DNA from: Phoronis australis
Taxonomy: Eukaryota; Animalia; Phoronida
Assembly (NCBI GenBank): GCA_002633005.1
Contig: NMRA01000105.1
Coordinates: 933,162 to 997,161, forward strand
DNA: 64,000 nt
Direction of reading: 5' to 3'
Position numbers and translations under genes: made by a program. The notes under the pieces were generated by a model. The model had not been told where the DNA came from. It ran no database searches and was given only the letters and a program-made list of their open reading frames with translations. The stretch's first letter is position 1, and every line of letters begins with the position of its first letter. This document shows, in pieces, positions 1 to 13,800 of the stretch.

Positions 1-3000
1 TGACGAATTACCTTGGGACATAAGAAATCTTCGAAATAAAAGGAAGTACCCCGTTTAAGGGTTGGTATAGGGCCCTCGAAAATGTCCAAGTTTGGCAAAT
101 TTCTCGAGCCTTATATCTCATAAATGTTTGATCAGATTTATGTGAAAATTTTAAATGCCGTGCTTTAAGCACTGTTCTCACAACGGTGTTAGGAATTGTT
201 GTCTTGGTGTTCCACATTTGCATGGGGGGGGACTATCAGAAATAGAAGCTTTTGTGATTTTTCTGAAAGCAACGCAAAATTTGCACAAAACGAAAACGAA
301 ATGAGAATTTCGAAAACTGTAACTGCATTTTTGAGATTTCATTTTCTCTGAACATTCATATGAAACGAAATTCGGTAATATTTTTGATACGATGGTTTTG
401 CTATGAATGCACCTTTTCGTTTTAGCAAAATTTTAAGTAACTAAAAGATATGGTCACGTGACCCTATTGAAGGCGGATTGGCATGAAGTCAAACATCAAA
501 TTTTACCGGCTTTCTACTTTCAGAGAAAATATTTTTTGAATTAAAACCTAAAGCTTCGTAGCTATTTGACTAAATACACAAATTAGTCTATAAGGTCTTA
601 CGTAACCGTGAGAAAACTATCTAGGCTCCTGCGGTAGTATTGCGAAGCAGTAACACTACGCATTCATTTTAATTATTAGAGTTATTAATTCAAGCGCCTT
701 AACTCTATCTGTTCCACTATCTCACGTTTTTAACATTCCAATCTATTTAATGCACACAAAGTTGAAAACCCTCCTTAGATCTCTCTCTTATTATTGTTGT
801 GTAGGCGTTTTAAACGAATTAACTCCAGGCGACGAGCCAGTGACATATTTGCCCTGAACAAGTGCAATATTTTAAAGGACCTCACGCGGATTTTCCTGAT
901 ATAGCGACAATGCGAATTTTACCGAAAGTTAGCCAAAAATGTCTCCAAGTCGTTCAGTTGCAAATGATATGCATTATGTATTCCAATTTTGCATCTTGAT
1001 CACTGGCCTGGAGAAAACATCTTGGTTTTGTTCGTTCTGATGGAAGTGGATAAATCACCTACATTGTACAGGTAATTAATGACTCAAAACCAGTACACTG
1101 AAACAAGGATAAATGCTTATGAATAAAATGCACTAAGTTGAAAACTATTGCACAAACACAGGAACTTAAACTTAAAATTCTTCAACAGCTGTCTGTAGGT
1201 TTTTCGGCAAGTATAATTCTATTGCAGTACGTGAACGTGCGTTTGTTATGCTTTTAGTTTCGCAAATGTTTGTGAGGCAAATGATCGTACACCTCCTTGG
1301 TGAAGCACGTGGCCTTTATGTATCGCCTTACTTTCTCTCACTAACTCAATTTGTCCGACGATAAGGTACGTAATTTCAAGGTTCATGCATGCCTGGTGTC
1401 AAGTAAAACACAGTACTCTGGTAAAAACAATAATTCGATTTTTTTTTGTCCCATCATTTGTTGCACTGGATTCAGGTGAACTGGCGTAGACATCTGATTA
1501 GTTCTCGATGACAACTTCCGGCTTACAAACCAATACTATGCTGGTTGACCAGGCTCATTTCGCACAACAATCCAGAACTCGATTCCAAAACCTTGTTATT
1601 AGAGAGGTTACTCTACCAATTTCTTTTGCCTCTCGACCCTTTCCTAAATACAATGAGACTATCCCCTGGTTATTTACCCTGGCCCTAATCAGCACCAGCA
1701 CCCGCGTCGGCCAGGACTGACACGAGGTCAAGTCGCCTTAATTTCAGTTGACTTTGAAAAGTTAACTTAAGTAATAAGTGGCTGTATTCCACCTTTGGTA
1801 ACAAACACTGATTGAGATTGCTAACCGATATGGAATTGGGCCTGGCTTTGTACCTTAATCAAATTAGAAGTGTTTTGTTGCCTTGCAAAGAACATCAGTT
1901 CGCCATGAGTCGCCTGAAATTAGTTTTCAAGCAACAACAAACTGTCATTTTTCCATGCACGGCATTCATTACCTTTCACCTCAGTTTGGAAAACGTGGAG
2001 ATGCATTTTATAGTGACCGAGTGGTCCAAATCAAAATTTAAGTTTTTACGGAATTAAGAAAACATTACCAGGAAGGGCCAAGTGACTAAACAACGATGTT
2101 GGTGTTTTTTCGAAAGTAATTGGATACGTACTTGTAACGGAGGAGTAAATAACTGACATTCATCGTTTTGTTCAGAATGTGATCAGTTTCAAGTTCCTTG
2201 TTTTACGATTCACAATAACGGCGTAACTTTGCTTTGGAAATGATAACTTCGACAAACACTATCGGAAATTCCCACACGCGTCTCCAAGATGCCGTTGATG
2301 TATACAATGTACAGGGTGTCGTAAATGTAATGACTGTCTGATTTAAAAGTTTGCACATGGAGACTGGGGACACCGATCTTCGTGGAAGTAAGTGATAACG
2401 TCTACTACTTATCTCGTACACAGATTGTAACAAATATTTGTGAATGTCGATAAACAGTGTCTTTTGTGTGGACTTCGGAGTGTGCAAGTGGTCAAAAAAG
2501 GGTTTGCCCCCATTGGCGCTCTGGAGAGCCCGCTCGATGAGCGATTGCTATTCCACTTTAAAGTGTAATCTATTGTTTGAGAGAAACATGCATTCTGAAT
2601 AAACGATGACAAACACTCACGTCTGCTTTTCATGTAACTGCATAATTATAACAAATTAAAACCGTTAAATGACATCCTCCTGGGTTCCAGAAGTCACACC
2701 CTTCAACATGGTTGAAGAACAAATATGGTCACTTAAAACTGTTCCATAAGTTTATGTCCTGATCTACAGATGCACTATAACTCAGTGATTTTACAGACGA
2801 GCGGCATCGTTTTAACTTTTGTCCAATTGGGCACTATGCAACACAATGCCTGCGTAGCTTCTTTGTTTGTAAATATATGTGCATAACTATCAATGGCTTG
2901 CACAGTTAAGTACGCCAGGGGTGCGAATTTTCTCAGGAAAGTCACAATTATTTTCATTCAATTACTTAGTGAGACGCCGGAAGAGAGAATAAGAGGCAGC

Positions 3001-3289
3001 TAATAGAGCAAGAAATTTTACCTTAGCCTACATCCGCGGTTATGATTCATTCACGGAAAAATCAGTTACTCACCTTAGTTGCAAACCCCTTGATGCTATC
3101 AATCGAGCGCGTCAATGGATGTTCTGGGCACAACTTGACTGAACGGTTTTATATTTCAAAGAAATGAGATACTGAATTCATACAAGTTAGCTATAATTGA
3201 GAATTCAGAATGATTTCTTTTTTTTACGTTAACACCTTTACTTTGTGCGCCGAATTATTGTTATCCTGGTTCAAACCATTCAAGCGCAA

Positions 3290-3530
3290 TATACACCGTT
3301 CACGTATAATCTACACCATTCCATTCATGTACAATCCACACTACTCTAGTACAAATTACACCATTTATGCATAGTCTTTATCACTCATGAATAATCTTCA
3401 CCATTCATTTACAGTCTACACCATTCGTTTACAGCCTACACCATTCATTTACAGTCTACACCATTCATTTACAGTCTATACCATTCATTTACAGTCTACA
3501 CCATTCACTTACAGTCTACATACACCATAC
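3290..3530. repeat. 20-bp minisatellite (CACCATTCATTTACAGTCTA)
   Basis: About 6 clean copies at 3399-3520, with degenerate copies to the left. Confidence 0.95.
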
Positions 3531-5882
3531 ATGTGTTAAAGCCACGAGCTTGATGAGTGCTTACAATTATTACTATCTCATAAAGTCGGGGTTTCCGCAG
3601 CTCTCAAGGCAAAATGGTTTACGCCATTTTACGCCCATTGCGGATTAGTTATGGAACCCATGCACTGGTGTGGATTTCTGCGTGAGTGGGAGCGTACAGT
3701 AAAATCTCACCATCTTCGCACAAAAAATGCCACTTTTTCATTGTTTCAAGGATTTTTAACAATGTTGCGAATGCACAGTTTTTCAAAAATATGATCTGAT
3801 GGTAGCCATGGTAACAAACTTGAACATGGTAAGGAATTAACTTCTTAATTAGTACACAAGATTTATAAACGAACGAGAAAATGAAACTTCATGTGCTCAC
3901 CATATTGTGTCCTAAACGATTGGGATTAATGTACATTCCAAGGCGACAATTTCAAGAGCAGGGAAATACTTAAAACAGAAACATCATTTCCAATCCATTA
4001 TTGATATCGTTCTATCACCATCGATCCTTCTGCAGGGCAATGAAAATTAAGCATACAAATCTACAAGAAAATTTCAACAATAAAGCGCTGCTCCTGCTTT
4101 TCCAAAACTAATCCAGGGCTTCCATCATTTATTTGCGATATCGGCCTGGCTCATCTGATCAAAGCTTTGAAACTTGGCTTCAGAAGTATATCCCAGTGTG
4201 TTAATTTAATAAAACTAATCCGTTATAGTACTTTTCCGCGTAGTTAGGAAGTTCGGTAAACTGTTTCCTCGCGTGTTTAAGGTAGTCAATTACATGCCTG
4301 GTTATCAACACAGTAAACACTTAGTTTGGAAATACTTTGACAATGGGAATTACGGATTGCTACCGGCATGCGGTGTTCATGAAAGTAGGATAAAAGCTAT
4401 ACACATAGATGTATATCACCCATGACAAGAAAAAAGACTGTATTTGCAAGAGTGGTACCCGGATGTTAATTACAGTACAAAGCTTGATACATTTCTGCTA
4501 TCAAGTTAGATTTTGCTTTGAATGTTATTTAACACTGGCTTTACCATCCGCCTCAGATTATCAAATCATACATAATTGCTATTGAATCTGGGCGACAAAC
4601 TCATATTGACCGACAGCAGTGTTTCGGTTTTGCACATTTTGAACTGAAAAAGATATAGAAGACGAGTTTTACATGTATTTGCGCACTGTATTCGAGTCTC
4701 AGGAAGGTATCTATTGTGTCGAAATTCAGATGTTCATGTAACTCAATCGCCAGTAATTTAAAAGATTATTAAAGGCTAAATATATTTAAATTTGTTCATT
4801 GGGATTTGCTCTAAGAGAGAAAATCGGAGGGTCTTCTAATCGTTGATAAAATATTTTGTTTTGCTCCTCAGGTGAGTATGTAGCTGGTTGCGATGACGCT
4901 TTTGTGTGTTTCCTGCAACTTTGATGTTTTTTTCACATATTTATTGTACTACGAGCCAATACAATGAATACACAAAAAGACTAGGAAAAGTATAAAAATG
5001 AACTGAATCAGAAGGATTAATTATTCACTGAATGTGAACTGCTTAAAACGTTTTCCACTGAGATATCATGTTTTCGCAATATGAGACACCATTGACCAAA
5101 AACACCTGGGTCAATATTAAAACGACACAAGTTACAGGCTTTAAGTGTCCTTTTGGTTCGCGAGATGCGCCGATTGAAAAAAAGACTGATGTATTGCAAT
5201 GTCAAAGATTTTACGATGACACTTGGCTTACCTAAAAAACCAACTGCTGTCTGGTGGTTTGGTGATTGGCTCAATTACGTTGCACACCCAGCAGAATTAA
5301 GGCAAAACAATAATATTGCAGCATTAAACAAACGTTTTAGGTTTCAAAAGTCACATTTCTTGTCCTAATTTCAAAATTTAAAAAGCTAATCACATGTGCT
5401 TTTCACGACCTATTCCAAAATGCTGTTAACAAACTTTGAAAAAGGAAATTTTAAAAATACTCTTATCGCACCCAATGTGTTTATGATGTGTCTCGTTATC
5501 TAGAGAACTGTAAGATAAGCAGCCTGAGGCGTTTTAATAACTCACAACAGCATGGTATCTTTGACCTAAACCGGCAGATTCTGTGGTTTGCAAACCGGTC
5601 GAGTTGCTCAATCTTGACCGGTTAGGCTGTCAACGTAGGCTTCTTTTCATATCACGAAAGTCGCATTTTTGAGACTGGAATTGCAAAGTTTTAAGGCATG
5701 TAACAAGCGAATGCGAGTGCATTGCAAAATAGGTTTATGAATGTAATGTTGCAATGACGGTGTGATTCACCTATTTACACTATTTGTTCTATGATGACAT
5801 TTTCACAGCCTACTTGACATATATCCCAACGGTTTGTAAGGGGATTTTTACTTGTCTGTATACTCATGTATACAGTGGCCAG

Positions 5883-6321
5883 TGCCCGGTTGCATGAAAC
5901 AGTCCCAAATAGGGACTCGACTAAGGTCTTTAAATGTTTTTCGTATTTATTTCGTCCTTTACCGACACAGATGGAATATTTGTCCTAAAATTTTATCTTT
6001 CTTATGAATTCCCTTTCACTAATGCCATTTTCTCTTAACTAAAATTGACCACTTTAAATTTAGTCAAAATGATTACAACCTTAGTCCTTAAATTAGGGTC
6101 GTTGCATGAAAAGATCCCAACTTATTTTCAGTCACATTGAGAATTCAACGTAGAGTTCACTCTCGATTTATATCAAAGCCAAAGATTGACTTACTTGTAG
6201 TAATGCCTGGCTCAAACAGCATAAGAAAGGACAATCAGTGTTTTCACAAGACCACAAATACGGCAGTAGATTTAGAGAACTTAGTTGTGTCCCTATTTGG
6301 AACTGTTTCATGCAACTGCCA
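5883..6321. mobile_element. MITE, PIF/Harbinger-like
   Basis: TIRs GTTGCATGAAACAGTCCCAAATAGGGAC / GTCCCTATTTGGAACTGTTTCATGCAAC. Confidence 0.7.
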
Positions 6322-9300
6322 AATGTTGAGACTTTAAACTCCACTATATAGTCATTTACGCTACATGTAGTTTCAGAGTGAGAATTTCATCCGGTCTTCG
6401 GTTTAAGTGGATGATTTACTGTATGTGCGGATCCGGCAAAACAGACCCTTAATTAGAATATTTCACGAAAAAAATACTTAATTCTGGTGAGCAAGGAATT
6501 CTTAAAAAAATAGACAATTAGGGCCGTTCACACATGACCGTCATGTGGAGAAACACTCGAGACTTTCAGAATTGATAATGACTTCTCTAGCTTTAATCAA
6601 TAAAAGTAATCTGGATATCACTTAACAAAAGGGAAAGTGCTGGTAAATAAGTGAGTATCTACTGGCATTTCCTGATGAAATTTATGATCTTCTGCCTTCA
6701 AGTTATTGGAAATTGAAAGATCGACCGCTTGAGTAATTCTCGATTAGATTTTACATTTGCTATGGATAATGTAAGTATCCTAATTTCGCTAACCTAAGAT
6801 TGGAGAACGATAAAAAGCAGCCGGTGTTAGTTTTTCACAAGCGAACGAAGTCAAGTATTAAGGTTTTCTTCAAAATCAAAGTGCGGTATTTGAAATTGTA
6901 GCAGACGATAAGGTCTCCGGTGATGAGCTTAAATCAAAAGTGTGAACCAATGTACTCTAAAAAGAGTGAGCGCGGCTACTACGTTCCGTACACGCGAAAT
7001 TTTCGCGGGTAAGGCCATTGTGATTGATCACGTGATTTGCTTGCATGCCTGGCAATATCTCGCGAAATCTTGTGTCACCTTACGTTTTGCGAGATTCTTG
7101 TGTCTACGAATGCTTTCTGGGAGCTTAAAAATCGATCGCTTCCGGCAGTATTTCGCAACTACAGTCAATCTGAATACGCATCGTTTGATCAAAACCTGCG
7201 AATTAGCCTTTTAGCTGCCTAATCGATATAATTATTTTCTCAGCGATTTCATTGAAAAATCTCAGTTGAGTTACCCTTAATGGGCCAGTGACATCACCCG
7301 TAAGGTATTAACATCTCGGCTACACTAAAATACTATGGTCGTCGAAGATATAGTATTGGAATCGGAAGTGAGCAAAACCGCCAACAGCTTTGTAAATAGT
7401 GATGCATTGTTTTGTAATAGATTCGTGTTATTTTTGTACTATTGTCAGGGAGTACCAACGTACGACGTGACCGGGCTACAGGAGAGGAAACTGGACTGCG
7501 TTCCGAACACTCATGGAACTCGCGAAAGAAATCGCGAACGTCGCTTAAATACCTGGGAATAATTTTGGTCCTAGTTAAGTACATAGAGATATCCTCCGAA
7601 TTCGAGCGTGAACTTTCGTTTTCTCGAGTCAATAATTGTTCCTACGGAACGCACTCCTGGGGTCGGGGTCTAATCTTTACACTCGATATCTTCGAACTCC
7701 AATTTTTTGACAATTTTCGTTTTCCTTTAAAACACAGTGAAAATAAGTATAATTATGTTTTCTCTTCTCGGGTATGTACGTTATGGTTAATGCTGACGAG
7801 TTCCTAGTTTAATTCGTACTTGATGACCCCTAGATGTGAGCTACAAGTTCAAGTAAAAACACACATTGCGAGTTTGAGACTTCGACTTTGGACTTCAGCT
7901 TCGAACAGATAACACCAGTGCGATGTCATCAAGTGCACTTTTCTAGAGGCCGCACAAAGGTAGAAAGGAAAATGTCAAACAAAATGTAGAACTCAATTTT
8001 GAGTAGGAAGACCTCGGGCTCTTACCCCCAACACTGAGTTTTTGTTACAAGAACATTTTTCAACCAGCTTGAGGGAAAAGACTACGCATAAGTTCACGTT
8101 TAAAAAATTTTCATGGAAACCTTTAACGTGGTCAAATTAACCGCGATAACAAAGAAGTTTGGAATCACCTGAAAATGCTTGAAACTTTTAATGCAAAACG
8201 ACGCTAGTTTTAGCGTGAGTTTCGTGATTTGGGAAACAGACTAACCCATCCGTATACTACTTTTTAGCTAAAAGTCAAAAGACAAAACGAATAGACTTTT
8301 CGAGAAACAGCTCGCACAAGTTCTTGATTTCCAGTTCCATGTACTGACAAGAGGGACCGTTAGTATGAGTGGAGGTATTTGTGCAAGCACGTGACTTAAA
8401 AGTAGCTAACGTAAAATACATGGAACTGAAGCCAAAGATCCGGGTTCATCGATCGAAAGCCAAAATACACATGTACATGTAGTACCTAGCGCGTTATTTA
8501 TGACGCAGATGCGTTCTATTTTGTTAATTAGCAAGAGTTCTTTATATCAAATAAAGTTATACAAACGAGTATCCTGAGGCAGTAACAATTAATTTGTTAA
8601 TGAGCAGTCGCTTTCGATTCAGCTTATTGTAATCATTTTCATGAATCTACTAATTGATAGCTAATGGTATTTTCTTAAGGACTATGCGCTATCAAACTTG
8701 ACACCACGTGCCTGGTATTTAAGTTTTTGACTGGAAGCTCTTAGACCAAAGTTAGTAGAATACTGTTTCTAATCTCAAAATTACTTGAGGCGAGACGACG
8801 TGCACTCTCAGAGGCCCGCAAATCTATAGAACTTCAAACTTAGTAATGCAGGTTTGGGAAGATTTGACACGAGCAGTTTCAAAATTATGTGGCCGGAAGC
8901 AAATATAGGACAACAAAGTATTTTTTCTTTACCCTTTGAGAAAATCGAGTGCAAAGATTTGCAACATGACTGTAAATGTCTGTTAGTGTTGGGTAAAATT
9001 TTCGAATGCTCATCTTTAAATTTGGGAAAATTCTGTGTCTCCGTCTGTTACCGATTGCAAAATCTTGTTAACTGGACAGATTATCCCTGGGATGCGCTCC
9101 GTAAGTTTAGTTTCTTACGAGTTCGGCTAGACTCCTGAGTCACGCATGACTGAGATATCGCCGTGTATTACAAGCGAAGCATGTGAACTATCATATTTCA
9201 CTCTACCGTGCATTTACAGTGTACCTTCCGTTACGTAACGGACCTAATTCTGAGAACTTGTAAAACCTTGTCTAGTTTCATTTACCTAAACAATGAAACC

Positions 9301-9439
9301 AATCAAAACCGTATAAAACAAGGAGTGGTAATCTTGAGCCCAGGTGTGTTTACTTCAGAAAGCACGGGAGAGATCTTCATGGGATTTATTGACATCTGCC
9401 ACTTAGATAAATGAGGTTTGCGGGACGGGGAAAACGAGT

Positions 9440-9600
9440 CACGCACTTCCGACACAGGCACTGAAATTACCTGCGGAAAATGTGCCTGATTGTGGTAAGG
9501 GTTTCTTGTACGTAGAGATCGAGGTACGTGCAAATCGATACTGTTTTCCATACCTCTTAGATTTCTAGGTGGACTTTGGTTGTCAGCAAACCATGACGAA
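9440..9600 (-). mobile_element. Possible L2/CR1 LINE 3' relic
   Basis: RNLRG...DLHVPRSLRT resembles the 'nLR....L.vPr.rT' tail of CR1/L2 ORF2. Confidence 0.25.
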
Positions 9601-9741
9601 AATTTCACTAACTGTGGACAAGCAAATCAGACCAAGCATGATTCAACTACAGAAGTCAATAAATCCCGGCATGTGCTTCTAAATGTAGAGATTTGTAAAT
9701 TGCCGATTGAATTAAGGACACAAGTGTACAACTGCATACAT

Positions 9742-10876
9742 ACATGAGTGCCGCATTGATCAGTTAATTATCAGCGATTATGACAAGCTTTGGACTGGAA
9801 ATGACAAACCACTAAACCGCTATCAATCACGTTTATTAAGTTACAAATCCGTGATGATAGCAAGAAATTGATCAACAATTCCAGCAAGACGTTTTTCTTA
9901 GATCATAAACACGTAGTCATAAAATGAAAAATGTATTAAGTATAATGCGCTCGCCTAAGACATTCTATGTTCATATACGTGTGGAAAATACCCACTCTCA
10001 ACACATAGCACTCTGAGACCTGATGGCTGCAAGAAAAGAATTTTCATCACTGAAAAATCCTTCTGAAAACAGTATACGTGTATAGTTATATGTCTTTGTT
10101 ACATACAGTCGTTCAATAATTATCATTATTCCAAATATACCATGAATTTAGTATTTAAAACAAGAGCAATATGTCCGTAATCATCCTCGTACACTGTACG
10201 CATGTAGTGTAATATGTAAATACACGATGGTACAGTGAAATATGTAAATACACGATGGTACAGTGTAATATGTAAATACACGACGGTACAGTGTANACAT
10301 GAGTGCCGCATTGATCAGTTAATTATCAGCGATTATGACAAGCTTTGGACTGGAAATGACAAACCACTAAACCGCTATCAATCACGTTTATTAAGTTACA
10401 AATCCGTGATGATAGCAAGAAATTGATCAACAATTCCAGCAAGACGTTTTTCTTAGATCATAAACACGTAGTCATAAAATGAAAAATGTATTAAGTATAA
10501 TGCGCTCGCCTAAGACATTCTACATGTATGTTCATATACGTGTGGAAAATCCCCACTCTCAACACATAGCACTCTGAGACCTGATGGCTGCAAGAAAAGA
10601 ATTTTCATCACTGAAAAATCCTTCTGAAAACAGTATTCGTGTATAGTTATATGTCTTTGTTACATACAGTCGTTCAATAATTATTATTATTCCAAATATA
10701 CCGTGAATTTAGTATTTAACACAAGAGCAATATGTCCGTAATCATCCTCGTACACTGTACACATGTAGTGTAATATGTAAATACACGATGGTACAGTGTA
10801 ATATGTAAATACACGATGGTACAGTGTAATATGTAAATACACGATGGTACAGTGTAATATGTAAATACACGATGGT
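9742..10876. repeat. ~555-bp tandem duplication joined by a single N, each copy ending in a 28-bp minisatellite
   Basis: Copies 9742-10295 and 10297-~10876, N at 10296, a handful of substitutions and one 6-bp indel. Unit GTAATATGTAAATACACGATGGTACAGT. Confidence 0.95.
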
Positions 10877-13800
10877 GCTGTTTATCCATTGGACACTCGA
10901 TCGAACTCCAGGTACACAAGGGACACCATGTTACAATGATTGCCGCATTTCGAGACTGTGTCCACAAAGCGACAAAGTGTAATAGATAGACAGCAACAAT
11001 CTTTAAAACAAGATGAACGACTGATTTCAAATAACAAATTAAATCGGTGGAAACTTCGTAATAGGTCTCGTTAACAAATCAATTTAATACAGAGTATGTG
11101 ATTTCTATATTTATGTTCCATCAGTGTGTTAACAAATCGGGGCAAAACTCCTGGAAACGAATCGAGTGGTGTTTTCTGTTGAAATCCTCGTTTACAATTA
11201 ACGCTGTCCTCCAATAATACGTTCAAACTCACTGAATTGAATGAAACACTGCCTATAAATTGCTATTTAAATGAACGGATTACGTTAGGGGCATTAACAC
11301 ACGTTCAATTGAGTATTTTCAATCAAAGATCGAAGATATTGATGACTGGAACTAAAATAAATGGGTTACCATCTGCAAAATAAGATGTAAAACGTTATGG
11401 CTTGCCGAAGACAATCATTTAATGCCTTTTCTCATTTTTATCCAGCTACGACCTGCATGTAAAGCATCTTTAACGGGCCAATTAGAATTTACTTCCGCCT
11501 AGGATTCGGTTATCCACGTAATGCACTTAGAAGTCAATTGTCCTCCATATCTGCTGGCACCTGCTCGCTGATTTCGGAATTTTAAAGTTTTCGAAGTCTT
11601 TGAGAACTTTAAAATTCCCAAATCAGATTTGCAACGTACTATATTAGTGTTGTTACCAAAGTTAATCGGATCATAAAACAACCATCTTTTGTTACGTGAA
11701 CTTCGCAACCATACACAGTCCCAAATTTAAAAACACTGATGTCAAAAAGTTTGTTCCAAAAACCCAACCGAGTCTCCTGAGTCCACTACTCTCTACTCAA
11801 AGCCTATCTGAACTCATTGATTGAAACACGAATGCGGATGACCGGCCTCGTTTTCAAATATGGATATATCAAATAAAAACTAGGAAAATGACTAAATTTG
11901 AACGGTTTAATTTTTATGTCGTTTGCTAAATCATGACTTTAACTTTCGGCAAAGGCATTTTGATAAAATGAGGTGTGGAAGAAGAGATGTGTGTCATATG
12001 TCATTCTTTCGCATACAGTTTGCGTTGCTGACTTCTTTCTTCGCCTGACTTGAATAGCCATTGTATTCAGCTTCATTGAAGGATGTACATTGTAACTACA
12101 TAACCAACAGTACGTGTGGAGAATTTCTCGCTTACACTGGTGGCTGCTCTGATTCCCTAAGCCCCAGACAACTTTTAATTTGTCTATTCAGCACGCCCTT
12201 TGTATTGATGTAGTTCTGAGCTAATGAAATGGAAAGGCATTTGTCTCAACTATGGTTGTTGTTAGTACCCCCATTTTGGTTTTCTCTGACATTTGCAGAG
12301 TTATAGCCTGCAACTCTGGAGAGTAGTTTTAACTTGGTACATTATGAATATTACGAAATGACTAAAAAGGTTAACTTGTGTTCATCTTCACAAAGGAACA
12401 CATTCCCAAGGCAAGTTTCATATTGGTTTTCTTTATTTAATTTTTAATGCTTCTGCCCACTTGTTTTTTTTTCTTACTGGAAACGGGTTGATAACTTTTT
12501 ATCAAAGTTTTGAACTTGAAGTACCAAAACATTGGTAGATTTTGATAGCCAGCTTAACTTAATTAGTTAAGTTCATTGTGAGCCCATCCCTAAACTTACC
12601 ACATTACAGGTACACTAAACATTTCACGTGTCATTAAAGTTTAATATTTATTAGAACTTAAATCATAAAATATGTACAAAAGTGCAAATATGGTGATAAC
12701 TAAACGAAAGATTTGGAATCTCTGGACAATTTCGGTGGCACTGACTTTATAACTATGCTAGCTCTTTGTCAGTAATAAAAAATAAAAAGTGGACACAACA
12801 ACTGTTTCCTGGTCAAAAATCTGGTTAAACGAGATTGAAAGAATATTAAAATATGAAACCATGTAATATTGTTAACTCTGATCAGCGTTTGTATATCCAC
12901 CGAGTATATCAATACGCCACGTAGTTTATCTTCAGTCGTACCCAATTGTTGTTGTTTTTAGATTATTAGTTAATCGATTTTTAAAATTCGAAAACCGTAC
13001 TTGGTTGTTCTTTTTCAGCTGAATTCCGCCGTGGTGTTCGTTTATATCGAAAATTAGTGATTAATGCATTTTGAAAATTCGCCATTAGGTACAGTCAGAG
13101 ATGTTTAATACAGTTTATGGTCGGATAATTACATTAATTGGGTCTTGCTCGCATCGGGCAATGCGATCATCACAACTGTACCTGATTCCGGCGTCACGCT
13201 CTCTTTGATACTGGTACAACCGCTCAGGACGAGCGGTGAAAATTCCCGCACATCTTTAGAAATGCGTGACTTCCTTGTAAGCGTATTATTCACGGTTTGG
13301 CCGCGTTTCAGACAGCAAACATTAGGCCAAATTGTGTTCCACGGGCTTTTACCTGTAGCAGCTGTCTGTAGACAGGCTACAAGCAACCGCGTTTGAGTCC
13401 GGGGCGCATTACTTAAACACAAGACACTCGCAAGGCACTTGTGGCGAGAAATCTTCACTCGTGGAACGGAAACAATGATTTCTATCCCATAATTCAATAT
13501 TCGAGTGTCGACAACCGATCTCTTCAGTGGCCGCCATTTTGCGAGCAAGGTTTTGAGCTTATTCGCGAAACTCTCTATGCGTGTTATTGCCTGTCCTGGC
13601 CAAACTCGCGAGAATTTTTCCCTACCGAACCCATGGCCAACACACGTTACGATTTAGCCAATATGCACCATCCGTCATGTTAAAAACTGGGTATTATACA
13701 CATACAGTCAGCGGAGTGTTTACTTTATCATTCCTTCTGAAATTTCAGTACGTATGTTTTACAAATCACTCTCACGAGTACTTTATATAATACGGAAATG

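Noticed and set aside
870-1745. Complete Kolobok MITE from TTAAAGG... to ...CCTTAA (similar lone ends near 18330, 19126, 33305 and 38600)
   Set aside because: The ends look Kolobok-like, but the left and right termini could not be matched as TIRs.
3290-3530. CRISPR-like array (also considered for 10200-10876, 47308-47394 and 50933-51035)
   Set aside because: Head-to-tail units without unique spacers, no cas genes, and a eukaryotic context.
9742-10876. Biological tandem duplication
   Set aside because: The copies meet exactly at an N and differ at allele-like levels, so this is most likely two haplotype contig ends joined in assembly. Read depth would settle it.
13129-13548. 139-aa minus-strand ORF and other 60-140 aa ORFs as genes
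   Set aside because: No recognisable domains, many start at non-ATG codons, and their lengths are compatible with chance in non-coding DNA.
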